Source: an uncultured Bifidobacteriaceae bacterium
GTDB taxonomy: Bacteria > Acidobacteriota > Vicinamibacteria > Vicinamibacterales > UBA2999
Reading direction: 5' to 3'
Length of the DNA stretch: 64,000 nt
Assembly (NCBI GenBank): GCA_964535675.1
Contig: CAZHTD010000001.1
Location: forward strand, 69,700-133,699
Part shown: positions 27,633 to 36,784 of the stretch, in pieces
How the letters are laid out: each line of letters begins with the position of its first letter
How positions within the stretch are numbered: the stretch's first letter is position 1
Program-made: the position numbers and the translations under genes
The notes under the pieces: generated by a model
The model's input: the letters and a program-made list of their open reading frames with translations, nothing else
Told to the model about the DNA's origin: nothing
Databases searched by the model: none

Positions 27633-28241
27633 CTACCGACCGCGCTTGCGCTGCCGGTGACCGCGGTTGCGGCCGTCGCGCTGTCCTGACGGGGCCCGGT
27701 TACCATTGACATCGCCGCGCGGCTGGCGGTTGCCGTTCGCCTCGTGGCCGAACCGCACGCCCTGCCCGCTACCGCCCTGCGGCCCCCGGCGACGCCCGCG
27801 CCCGCGGCGCTGGCCGCCAGGGCTGTGCCGGTCGCGCCCGCCACCCGCGCCGGGCTGACGCACCGTGAACTCGGGCTCCTTCCACTCGGAGGGCGACGGG
27901 CGCCCTTCGGGCCGCGGCAGCGTTGCCCGGATCAACCGGCGATGAACCGGCCCCTCGTCGTCGGCGGGCGGAGACGGCGGGGCGGCCTCGAGTTCCGCTG
28001 GAGGGTCGTCCGCCGCCACGACCGGCTTCGGGGCAGGCACGGCGGCCGCGGCTAGGTCCTTCTTCTTCCTAGGGGTTGGCGCCTTCGCGTGGCGGTACTC
28101 GTGGTCGGCACTACAGGTCGTGCAGCGGGTCTGCCGCACTTCCTCGTCGATCATGGCGACGATGGCATGATTCGTGACGCGCCGTTCGCGAGGACAGTAG
28201 TCGTCGAGAATATCACCGAGCCGAAGCCGGCGTTGCTGCAT
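27633..28241 (-). CDS. hypothetical protein with N-terminal Cys/His cluster and Arg/Gly-rich C-terminal tail
   Basis: DDYCPRE...RCTTCSADHEYRH, then a Pro/Ala linker and RGRGRRRG / GRNRGHRQRKRGR repeats. Confidence 0.5.
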   Translation of the reverse strand: MQQRRLRLGDILDDYCPRERRVTNHAIVAMIDEEVRQTRCTTCSADHEYRHAKAPTPRKKKDLAAAAVPAPKPVVAADDPPAELEAAPPSPPADDEGPVHRRLIRATLPRPEGRPSPSEWKEPEFTVRQPGAGGGRDRHSPGGQRRGRGRRRGPQGGSGQGVRFGHEANGNRQPRGDVNGNRAPSGQRDGRNRGHRQRKRGR

Positions 28242-28278
28242 GAACTCCCCCGAAGCCGTTCCGTAAACGTGCTTCCTC

Positions 28279-28307
28279 AGGGCCCGATCAGGACGTTGTC
28301 GGGCCCT
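28279..28307 (-). terminator. perfect 9-bp stem hairpin downstream of argH
   Basis: AGGGCCCGA-(11 nt)-TCGGGCCCT, about 110 nt past the argH stop; no U-tract, so function is uncertain. Confidence 0.3.
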
Positions 28308-28417
28308 CTCTGGTGGGATGGCCGCCCGTAACTAATGCTGCGTGCAGGTGCCCAGAAGTGTAACAAACGGGGTCTCGGCTGGGCAATCCAAACCGGCGGC
28401 GGGTCTGGCACCGCGCC

Positions 28418-29809
28418 TCAGGCATGCGCCTGCCCGACGCCGTCGAGCCACGCGCGGCACTCGCCGAGCGCCGCAGCCACGGCCGACGGGCTGGTCGACT
28501 GCGGTGTGCACTTGGCGCTAACCGAGGCAAAAGCAGTGGCGGCCGCTGGCGCGTCGTCGCCGAACATATCGCTCTCCTGGCGCCACTCCTCGAGCGTCAG
28601 GTGAGTGAAGTCGCGCCCCTCGGCGAGCAGCCGCCGCACCATGGCCCCGACCACCTCATGCGCCCGCCGGAACGGCATGCCCCGCGCCACCAAGTAGTCG
28701 GCCACGTCGGTGGCGAGCAGCAGTCCCGACGCGGCACGCCCCGCGCGCTCGGCGTCGAGCGAGAGCCGCGCCACGACGGCTCGCGTGGCAACTAGCGACA
28801 GCGTGAGCGTCTGCTCAACATCGAATACGGCCTCCTTGTCCTCCTGGAGATCCTTGTTGTACCCGCTCGGCAGTCCCTTCATCGTGGCCAGCCACCCGGT
28901 CAGCCGGCCGATCGCCCGCCCGGTCTTGCCGCGCACCAGCTCCAGCGGGTCGGGGTTCTTCTTCTGCGGCATCATGCTGCTGCCGGTCGACGAGGCGTCC
29001 GACAGCTCGAAGAAGGCGTGCTCCTCGCCCGCGAAGATGATCACGTCCTCGGCGATGCGGCTGAGATGGACCATGGTCAGCGACGCAGCGTGGAGGAAGG
29101 CCGCCACGAAGTCGCGATCTGACGACGCGTCGAGGCTGTTCGCTACCACGCGCGAGAACCCCAGCTCGCGTGCCAGCACCCCGGTGTCGACCGCGTAGCT
29201 GCTGCCGGCAATCGCACCCGAGCCGAGTGTGAGGGCGTCGGCCTCATCGGCCGCGGCCGCCAGCCGGGCGTGGTCGCGCCGGAGCGCCGCGGCGTGCGCG
29301 AGGAAGAAGTGCGCGACCAGGATCGGCTGCGCCTTGCGCAGGTGCGTGTAGGACGGCATCAGGCCGTCGCCAGCGGCCTCGGCCTGCGCAGCGCACGCGC
29401 CGACCAGCTCTGCGACGAGCGCCCGTAGCGCGGGGATCTGACGGCGCAGGTACAGCCGCAGGTCGAGCGACACCTGCTCGTTGCGCGAGCGACCGGTGTG
29501 CAGGCGGCGACCGGCGTCGCCAATCCGCTCGACGAGCTGCCGCTCCACGAAGCTGTGGACGTCCTCGTCGGGGCCAGCCACCCAGCCGGGGTTGCGGCGA
29601 CCCTCGTCGAGGATGGCCTCAAGCCCACCGCGGATGGCGTCGGCATCGGCGTCCGACAGCACGCCGGCGCGCGCCAGCGCACCCGCCCACGCTAGGCTGC
29701 CCCGGATGTCGTCCTCGAACAGCAGCCGGTCGAACCCGAACGAGACCCCGAAATCGAAGGTATCGGAGTCGGGGGCAGAATCGAACCGCCCCGACCAAAG
29801 GGTGCTCAT
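28418..29809 (-). CDS. argH: argininosuccinate lyase
   Basis: 463 aa; GSSMMPQKKNPD fumarate-lyase signature. Confidence 0.95.
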   Translation of the reverse strand: MSTLWSGRFDSAPDSDTFDFGVSFGFDRLLFEDDIRGSLAWAGALARAGVLSDADADAIRGGLEAILDEGRRNPGWVAGPDEDVHSFVERQLVERIGDAGRRLHTGRSRNEQVSLDLRLYLRRQIPALRALVAELVGACAAQAEAAGDGLMPSYTHLRKAQPILVAHFFLAHAAALRRDHARLAAAADEADALTLGSGAIAGSSYAVDTGVLARELGFSRVVANSLDASSDRDFVAAFLHAASLTMVHLSRIAEDVIIFAGEEHAFFELSDASSTGSSMMPQKKNPDPLELVRGKTGRAIGRLTGWLATMKGLPSGYNKDLQEDKEAVFDVEQTLTLSLVATRAVVARLSLDAERAGRAASGLLLATDVADYLVARGMPFRRAHEVVGAMVRRLLAEGRDFTHLTLEEWRQESDMFGDDAPAAATAFASVSAKCTPQSTSPSAVAAALGECRAWLDGVGQAHA

Positions 29810-30279
29810 CGCTGTCCTTCTCCTGCCAGCGCCTCAAGACGCCGGACGAGCGCGCGGGCTCGCCGCGTGTCGGGTGTCATCACGAAGATCGTATTCTCGC
29901 CGGCCAGCGTTCCGACGATTTCAGGCAGGCCCGACCGGTCGAGCGCCTCGGCCAGCGGCGGTGCCTGCCCGGGCCCTGTGCGCAGCACCACGGTGTGCTG
30001 GGCTTGGGCCGCCCGGATCAGAAGCGCCGCCACCGCACGCTGCAGCTCGGTCGAGGGCGCACCGCCGTCCATCACCTCTCCACCGGGCGGATGGTACGCA
30101 CCCGATGACCCGCCCTTGACCAGCCCCATCTCGCGGATGTCGCGTGACAGGGTGGCCTGGGTCACGTCGTGACCTGCCGCGACGAGCGCCCGCCGCAGCT
30201 GCTCCTGGCTGCGCACGGGCTCGCGGCCGATCACGTCGAGGATCGCCGCCTGACGTCGGACCTTCAGTGCCATGGCCAC
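29806..30279 (-). CDS. argR: arginine repressor ArgR
   Basis: N-terminal wHTH (SQEQLRRAL...VTQATLSRDIREMGLVK) and C-terminal oligomerisation domain (GTLAGENTIFV); 4-nt overlap with argH. Confidence 0.85.
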   Translation of the reverse strand: MAMALKVRRQAAILDVIGREPVRSQEQLRRALVAAGHDVTQATLSRDIREMGLVKGGSSGAYHPPGGEVMDGGAPSTELQRAVAALLIRAAQAQHTVVLRTGPGQAPPLAEALDRSGLPEIVGTLAGENTIFVMTPDTRRARALVRRLEALAGEGQR

Positions 30280-30290
30280 GGAGCATACAC

Positions 30291-30335
30291 GAGAATTTGA
30301 CTATTTATGTATGAATTTGTATAAATATACCTTGG
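30291..30335. promoter_or_regulatory. AT-rich divergent argR/argC control region with ARG-box-like repeats
   Basis: GAGAATTTGACTATTTATGTATGAATTTGTATAAATATACC is a sharply AT-rich island in a ~70% GC genome. TGAAT/ATTCA-like half sites lie between argR and argC. Confidence 0.5.
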
Positions 30336-30363
30336 TATCCGGCCAGTTTGCTGCAGAAATCCA

Positions 30364-31395
30364 ATGTCGCACGAAGCCCCAGTCGTCGCCCCCCGGGCCG
30401 AAGCACGTGCCGCACAGGCGCGGGTCGCCGTCGCCGGGGCCACGGGCTACGCTGGCCAAGAGCTGGTGCGCCTGCTGGCGCGACACCCGGCCGTCCGACT
30501 CGAGGCGGCCATGTCGTCTGGGGCCGACAGCGAGCCACGGCCCATGCCCGCCCTGGCGCGCATCTGGGACGAGCCGGCCGAGCCGCTCGATATCGAGCGG
30601 CTCGCGGGTGTCGACATCGTCTTCCTCGCGTTGCCCGACACGGCGTCGGCCGAGCTGGCACCGGCGCTATTGGCACGCAGCGTCCGGGTGATTGACCTCT
30701 CCGGCGCATTCCGGCTCCGTGATGACGCCGAGCGGGCGCGCTGGTACCCGGCCGTCAGGTCACTGCCTGAGGGCACGGCCTACGGACTGACCGAGCGGCG
30801 GGCCGACGAGGTGCGGGGCGCGCGGCTTGTGTCCAACCCGGGCTGCTACCCGACCGCGGCGCTGCTGGCGCTCGAGCCGTTGCGCACGGCGGGGCTGATC
30901 GAGGACACGGTGGTGATCGACGCCAAGTCAGGCGTCTCAGGCGCGGGCAAGAGGCCAAGCGACCGGACGCACTTCTGCGAGGTGGACGACAGCCTGTCAG
31001 CGTACGGGGTCTTCGCGCATCGGCACGGCGCCGAGATCACGCAAGGCGCAAGCCTGAGTGTCACGTTCGTGCCGCACTTGATTCCCATCGTACGCGGGAT
31101 CCTGGAATCGATTTACGTGCAGCTGCGTCCGAGCGTGACGGCTGCAACACTTGGCAACGTCTACACCGAGGCGTACAGCCGGTCGACCTTCGTGCGAATC
31201 ACCGGCGACGCGCTGCCGGAAATCAAGCACGTCACGCACACCAACTTCTGCGACATCGGCTGGAAGGTGGACCCATCGGGTCACCGCGCGCTCGTCGTGT
31301 CGGTGATCGACAACCTAGTGAAGGGCGCCGCCGGCCAAGCCGTGCAGAACATGAACCTCTTGCTCGGACTCGACGAGCGCGCGGGCCTACTGTGA
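30364..31395 (+). CDS. argC: N-acetyl-gamma-glutamyl-phosphate reductase
   Basis: GATGYAGQELVRLL N-terminus, active-site SNPGCYPT. Confidence 0.95.
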   Translation: MSHEAPVVAPRAEARAAQARVAVAGATGYAGQELVRLLARHPAVRLEAAMSSGADSEPRPMPALARIWDEPAEPLDIERLAGVDIVFLALPDTASAELAPALLARSVRVIDLSGAFRLRDDAERARWYPAVRSLPEGTAYGLTERRADEVRGARLVSNPGCYPTAALLALEPLRTAGLIEDTVVIDAKSGVSGAGKRPSDRTHFCEVDDSLSAYGVFAHRHGAEITQGASLSVTFVPHLIPIVRGILESIYVQLRPSVTAATLGNVYTEAYSRSTFVRITGDALPEIKHVTHTNFCDIGWKVDPSGHRALVVSVIDNLVKGAAGQAVQNMNLLLGLDERAGLL

Positions 31396-32216
31396 CCACG
31401 CGGCGGCGGCCGGTCGTCCTGAAGCTCGGCGGCGAGCTGCTTGAACAGCCGGCCGATCTGCACCGGGTAGCACGGGGCGTCGCGGCCCTGGCGAAGCGGA
31501 CGGCGCTGGTCGTGGTGCACGGCGGCGGGCGCGAGATCGACGCCGCGATGGCGGCGGCCGGCATCGCGCGGACACAGGTTGACGGCATCCGCGTGACCGA
31601 CGCGCCGACGCTCGACGTGGTGGTCGACGTGCTCGCGGGACGCGTCAACACGCGGCTGGTCGCCGCGGTGCGCCGCGCTGGCGCGCGGCCCGTCGGGCTG
31701 ACTGGCGCCGACTCGGACGTGGCCTCGGTACGCAAGGCCGCGCCGATGAAGACGGTGTCGGGACGGCGCGTGGATCTGGGGCTGGTCGGCGCACCGGTCG
31801 GCGCTGGGCGGCCGCAACTGCTGCTCCACCTGCTGGCGCGTGGGTACGTGCCCGTGGTTGCGTGTATCGGCGGTACCCGCAGCGGCCAAGTGCTGAACAT
31901 AAACGCCGATACGTTGGCCTCGCACCTGGCGGCGACCCTAGGGGCGGTGCGACTGGTGATTGCGGGCGGCACGCCGGGAGTACTCGATGACGCGGGGGTC
32001 ACGATCCCCACGCTGACCGCCCGTGCGGTGACACAGCTGGTGCGCGCGGGCACGGCCAGCCACGGGATGGTGGCCAAGCTGCAAGCCTGCCAACACGCGC
32101 TCCGGCAGGGTGTGGGTGACGTATTGATCATTAGCGGGCGAACGTTGCCGTTCGCGGCGTTGGCCGGCCCCTTGCCCAATGCGATCGACGGGACCCTGAC
32201 ACAGGTGGTGCGATGA
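31392..32216 (+). CDS. argB: acetylglutamate kinase
   Basis: VLKLGGE, VVVHGGG and NINAD motifs; 4-nt overlap with argC. Confidence 0.9.
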   Translation: MTTRRRPVVLKLGGELLEQPADLHRVARGVAALAKRTALVVVHGGGREIDAAMAAAGIARTQVDGIRVTDAPTLDVVVDVLAGRVNTRLVAAVRRAGARPVGLTGADSDVASVRKAAPMKTVSGRRVDLGLVGAPVGAGRPQLLLHLLARGYVPVVACIGGTRSGQVLNINADTLASHLAATLGAVRLVIAGGTPGVLDDAGVTIPTLTARAVTQLVRAGTASHGMVAKLQACQHALRQGVGDVLIISGRTLPFAALAGPLPNAIDGTLTQVVR

Positions 32217-33421
32217 CCGGGACGCTCGAGGACATCCGGGCCCTCGAAGCGCGGCACGTGCTCGGCACGTACCGCCGCCTGCCGGTGGCCTTCGGGCGCG
32301 GCCGCGGGTCGTGCCTGTACGACGCCGACGGGCGCGAGTACCTCGATCTGGTCTCGGGAATCGGCGTGGCTTCGCTCGGGCACGCGCATCCGCGACTCAC
32401 TGAGGCGATCGCCGACCAAGCCGGAACGCTTCTCCAGACCTCGAACCTCTACTACCACCCGCTGCAGGCGGCGGTGGCCGGGCGTCTGGCGGAGCTGTCG
32501 GGCCTGCAGCGGACATTCTTCTGCAACAGCGGCACCGAGGCCGTGGAAGCGTGCCTCAAGTTCGCCCGCCGCTACTGGCACACGAAGGAGGTCGCGGGCC
32601 GCCGGGGCTTCGTCGCCGTGACCGGCGGCTTTCATGGCCGGTCAATGGGCGCACTGTCGGTGACGCACGACCCCCACTACCGGGAGCCGTTCGTGCCGCT
32701 CGTCGAGCCGGTAACGTTCCTCGACCCCGGCCGGCCCGAGGCGGTCGCCGCAGCCATCGGCGACACCACCGCAGCCGTCATCTGCGAGCCCATCCAGGGC
32801 GAGGGGGGCGTACGCCCGCTGTCGGAGGCTTTCGCGCGGGCGCTGGCCGATGCCTGCCAGCGGACCGAGACGCTGCTGATTGCCGACGAGGTACAGACGG
32901 GCCTGGGACGAACTGGTGAAGGCTTCGGCTTCCAGCGGCTGGGGTGGCAACCGGACCTCGTGTCGGTCGGCAAAGCTCTGGGCGGCGGCGTGCCCGTGGG
33001 CGCGGCGCTGCTGGCCGAGCGGGTAGCCGAGACGATCTTCCCCGGTGACCATGGCAGCACGTACGGCGGGAACCTGCTGTCGTGCCGCGCCGCGCTGGTG
33101 TTCCTCGAGCAGCTCATGGACAGCGGCCTGATCGCACGCGTGAGGTCCGTCGGCGCGCACCTCGAGGTGCTGCTGCGCGCGCTGGGCGCACAATGCCCGG
33201 TCGTAGCCGAGGTGCGCGGCGCCGGCCTGATGTGGGGCCTAGAGCTGATCATCGACGCAGCGCCGGCGGTGATGGGCGCACTCGAGCGGGGTCTGCTGGT
33301 CAATCGGACCGACGCGCGCGTGGTGCGTCTGCTGCCGCCGCTCAACATCGAGCCGGCTGACCTCGACCGAGCCGTGGAGATCCTCGAGGACGTCCTGACC
33401 GGCATGAAGGCCTCGGCATGA
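32213..33421 (+). CDS. argD: acetylornithine aminotransferase
   Basis: Class-III aminotransferase; ADEVQTGLGRTG, and a VSVGKALGGG region that likely carries the PLP-binding lysine. Confidence 0.9.
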   Translation: MTGTLEDIRALEARHVLGTYRRLPVAFGRGRGSCLYDADGREYLDLVSGIGVASLGHAHPRLTEAIADQAGTLLQTSNLYYHPLQAAVAGRLAELSGLQRTFFCNSGTEAVEACLKFARRYWHTKEVAGRRGFVAVTGGFHGRSMGALSVTHDPHYREPFVPLVEPVTFLDPGRPEAVAAAIGDTTAAVICEPIQGEGGVRPLSEAFARALADACQRTETLLIADEVQTGLGRTGEGFGFQRLGWQPDLVSVGKALGGGVPVGAALLAERVAETIFPGDHGSTYGGNLLSCRAALVFLEQLMDSGLIARVRSVGAHLEVLLRALGAQCPVVAEVRGAGLMWGLELIIDAAPAVMGALERGLLVNRTDARVVRLLPPLNIEPADLDRAVEILEDVLTGMKASA

Positions 33422-33978
33422 GCGCCGTCGAGCCGGAGCAGGCGCCCGCGCTACCAGCCACCGCGCGGGGCGCGTGGAGGCCATCGCCGACCGACATTAC
33501 GCTGCGTCAGTCCACGCGGGCCGACGCCCCGGCCATCCGGGGGCTGCTGGCGGGCCTGGGGCCCGACGCCCGGCTGCTGCCCCGCGAGACCGACGAGATT
33601 GCGACTCACGCGCAGTGGTTCGTGGTGGCTGAGCGTGGCGACGTGGTGATCGCCTGCGCCGGCCTCGCGTTGCTCGGTGACGGCGTCGCCGAGGTGCGCT
33701 CACTGGTGGTCGAGGCCAGGGCTCGGGGGCTCGGTGTGGGCGACCGCCTGCTGGCATCGCTGGTTGAGCGTGCCCGCGCCGCCGGGTACGACACGCTGTG
33801 TGCCTTCACGCACAAGCCCACGTGGTTCGTGCACCGGGGATTCGTGATCGTGCCGCACACCTGGGTACCCGGGAAGTTCGCCGTCGACTGCCGCAACTGC
33901 TCGCGCATTCAGGGATGCGACCAGATGGCCGTGGTGCGTCCCACCCTAGCGGCTCCCGCTGCGGGGGTGCCTGCGTGA
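33418..33978 (+). CDS. GNAT-family N-acetyltransferase (short ArgA-like candidate)
   Basis: GNAT core VVEARARGLGVGDRLL; 4-nt overlaps with both argD and argJ. Confidence 0.65.
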   Translation: MSAVEPEQAPALPATARGAWRPSPTDITLRQSTRADAPAIRGLLAGLGPDARLLPRETDEIATHAQWFVVAERGDVVIACAGLALLGDGVAEVRSLVVEARARGLGVGDRLLASLVERARAAGYDTLCAFTHKPTWFVHRGFVIVPHTWVPGKFAVDCRNCSRIQGCDQMAVVRPTLAAPAAGVPA

Positions 33979-35213
33979 GCGGCCAGACCGCGAGCCAGGG
34001 CGTGACGGTGACGCCGATCGACGGCGGCATCACCGCGCCCGTCGGGTTCCGATCCGGCGCAGTGCACTCCGGCATCAAGAGTGAGCCCGAGGCCCTAGAC
34101 CTGCTAGTGCTGGCCACCGACGAGCCGGCCTCGGTGGCGGGCCTGTTCACCACCAACCTACTGACGGCTGCCCCCGTGCTGATCTCACGCCAGCACTTGG
34201 CCGCGGGGGGCGGCATGGCGCGGGCCATCGTCGTCAACAGCGGCTGCGCCAACGCGTGCACGGGCGACGAGGGCCTGGAGAACGCGCGCCGCATGGCGGC
34301 CGAGACCGCGCAGGCCCTCGGGTGCGCCGAGACTGAGGTACTGGTGGCCTCAACCGGCGTCATCGGCGTGGCGCTGGACATGGCCCGGGTGGTGCAGGGC
34401 ATCCGCGCCGCGGCCGAGGCACTCGACCGTGGCCAGGGCCACGCGGCCGCGCGCGCCATTATGACCACGGATCGGTCGCCCAAGGAACGCTCGGTGCGCG
34501 TGGGTACGCCCGCCGGGACGTTCGCGATCGGCGGCATGGCAAAGGGCGCCGGCATGATCGAGCCGAACATGGCCACGATGCTGGGCTTCCTCGCTACTGA
34601 CGCGGTCGTCTCGCCCGCGCTGCTGCGCCGTGCGCTGCGCGAGTCGGCCTTCGACACCTTCAACGCCATTACCGTGGACGGCGAGCGGTCGACAAACGAC
34701 TCGGTGTTCCTGCTGGCTTCGGGCAGCAGCGGCGTGACCATAGACGAGGCATCGTACCCGGCGCTCGTCGATGGCCTGCGCGCGGTGTCGGGCGAACTGG
34801 CCCGCGAGATCGTCCGCGGCGGCGAGGGCGCGACGAAACTGATCGCGATCCGCGTGCGCAATGCGAAGAACGTCGACGACGCGCGGCGGATCGCCCGGAC
34901 GATCGCCAACTCGCCACTGGTGAAGACCGCCGTGCACGGCGCCGACCCCAACTGGGGACGCATCGTCTCGGCCGCGGGCCGCGCCGGCGTGCCCCTCGAC
35001 ATCGGGCGGATTGACGTACGCCTCGGCGACGTGCTGCTCTACGAGCACGGGGAGCCGCACAACGACGCGTCGCCGGCCGCCGAAGCACACCTGACAGGCA
35101 CGGAAATCGACATCGACGTGGACCTGAACACCGGCGGCAGGGCGTCAGCCACGATCTGGACCTGCGACCTGAGTGCGGAGTACGTGCGGATCAACGCCGA
35201 GTACCACACCTGA
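33975..35213 (+). CDS. argJ: bifunctional ornithine acetyltransferase / N-acetylglutamate synthase ArgJ
   Basis: GITAPVGF..., autoproteolytic site ATMLGFLATD, C-terminal YVRINAEYHT. GTG at 33975 overlaps the upstream stop; the ORF is open from 33798. Confidence 0.9.
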   Translation: MSGQTASQGVTVTPIDGGITAPVGFRSGAVHSGIKSEPEALDLLVLATDEPASVAGLFTTNLLTAAPVLISRQHLAAGGGMARAIVVNSGCANACTGDEGLENARRMAAETAQALGCAETEVLVASTGVIGVALDMARVVQGIRAAAEALDRGQGHAAARAIMTTDRSPKERSVRVGTPAGTFAIGGMAKGAGMIEPNMATMLGFLATDAVVSPALLRRALRESAFDTFNAITVDGERSTNDSVFLLASGSSGVTIDEASYPALVDGLRAVSGELAREIVRGGEGATKLIAIRVRNAKNVDDARRIARTIANSPLVKTAVHGADPNWGRIVSAAGRAGVPLDIGRIDVRLGDVLLYEHGEPHNDASPAAEAHLTGTEIDIDVDLNTGGRASATIWTCDLSAEYVRINAEYHT

Positions 35214-35227
35214 CCGGAGGGCGATCC

Positions 35228-36175
35228 ATGTCCATGGCCCCCGCACACCCGTCGAAGCACTTCTTGTCGCTACTCGACCTGCCCGCCGAAGGCCTCCACC
35301 GCCTGCTCGACGTCGCCGTCTCGCTCAAGGCCGACCGGCAGCTGAAGCGGCGCGCGCCCACCGCCGACGCACTGACCGGGAAGCATGTGGCAATGCTCTT
35401 CCAGAAGCCGTCGCTGCGGACGCGGTCAACCTTCGAGATCGCGATCCGCGAGTTAGGCGGCGACGCACTGTACCTGCCGACCGAGTTCGCCGACGGCGGC
35501 CGCGAGCCGATCGAGGACGTGGCACGCAACCTCGAGCGCTGGGTGCACGCACTGGTTGTGCGCACTTACGAGCAGGACCGTGCCGCGCGGTTCGCCACCG
35601 CGGCACCGTGCCTGCATGTGATCAACGCCCTCACCAACGAAGAGCACCCCTGTCAAGCGCTGGCCGACGCGATGACGATGCGCGAGCGGTGGGGGTCGTG
35701 TCGCGGACGAACGCTCGCGTACCTCGGCGACGGCAACAACGTGGCCGTCTCGCTGGCCCACGCCGCGGTGATGCTCGGCATGCGGCTGGTGCTGGCCTCG
35801 CCGCCCGGCTACGAACTGTCGAACGGCGTGGTGACCAGGGCGCTGGCCGCCGCGCGGGACGATGCGAGCATCCAACGTGTGAACGACCCGCACGCGGCGG
35901 TTGCTCGTGCCGACGCGGTGTACACCGACGTCTGGGCGTCGATGGGCCAAGAGGGCGAGGCCGAGGACCGCCGGCGGGTGTTCGAGCCCTACCGCGTCAC
36001 GGCCGGGCTGATGGCCCAAGCGGCACCCGACGCGCTGTTCATGCACTGCCTGCCCGCGCACCGCGGCGAGGAGGTAACGGCCGAGGTACTCGAATCACCC
36101 GTCTCGGTGGTGTTCGATCAGGCCGAAAATCGCCTCCACACCCAGAAGGCGCTGCTGCTCCACCTACTCACGTAG
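35228..36175 (+). CDS. argF: ornithine carbamoyltransferase
   Basis: SLRTRSTFE carbamoyl-phosphate motif, HPCQALAD, HCLPAHRGEEV. Confidence 0.9.
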   Translation: MSMAPAHPSKHFLSLLDLPAEGLHRLLDVAVSLKADRQLKRRAPTADALTGKHVAMLFQKPSLRTRSTFEIAIRELGGDALYLPTEFADGGREPIEDVARNLERWVHALVVRTYEQDRAARFATAAPCLHVINALTNEEHPCQALADAMTMRERWGSCRGRTLAYLGDGNNVAVSLAHAAVMLGMRLVLASPPGYELSNGVVTRALAAARDDASIQRVNDPHAAVARADAVYTDVWASMGQEGEAEDRRRVFEPYRVTAGLMAQAAPDALFMHCLPAHRGEEVTAEVLESPVSVVFDQAENRLHTQKALLLHLLT

Positions 36176-36221
36176 ACTTGGCAACGGTATGAATCGCCCC
36201 TAGGTCGCCACTACGATCGGG

Positions 36222-36784
36222 ATGTCCGCCCGTCGGTCGGACCGTACTCGGAGCTGACACTCGTCGACCGCTAGGACAAGCTGGCCGGTCAAGACGGCGA
36301 CCGGGCCGTGGTGCTCTTCAAGGGCACCACGCTCGACTACGGTACGCTGGGGGGCCAGAGCGATGCGTTTGTCGCCGCGCTGGCGGCGTTCAGCGTCGTG
36401 CCCGGCGACCGGGGTGTGCTTAGTGCTGCCCAACTGCCCGCAGTTCCTCGTGGCGCAGCTCGGCGTGTGGAAGGCAGGGGCAATCGTCGTCCCGCTTAAC
36501 CCCACCTACACCGAGCGCGAGTTCAAGCTGGCGGTGCGCAACACGGGCACCGGCACCCGGCGGTGCTGAAGGCCAGCGTGCCACATCCCTCCAAGGGCGA
36601 GGCCGCCGAGCCGTGGGTGGTGCTGCAGACTGGCGCCAAAGCCGGCGAGAACGAACTGCGCGCCTACTGCTGCAAGCACCTGGCGCCGTACAAGGTCCGC
36701 ATCCGGGAAACCTTGCCAAGGACAATGGTCGGCAAAGTGGGGCGTCGCGAGCTGGCTGCCGAGGCCCGTGCCGCCGGCAACTAG
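36222..36784 (+). pseudogene. acyl-CoA synthetase (AMP-binding, FadD-like) remnant with nonsense, frameshift and large internal deletion
   Basis: N-terminal piece (AVVLFKGTTLDYGTL...VVPGDR / VCLVLPNCPQFLVAQLGVWKAGAIVVPLNPTYTERE) is joined near 36555 directly to a C-terminal piece (PSKGEAAEPWVVLQ...LAPYKVRIRETLPRTMVGKVGRREL). In-frame TAG near 36273 and a +1 shift near 36410. Confidence 0.55.
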
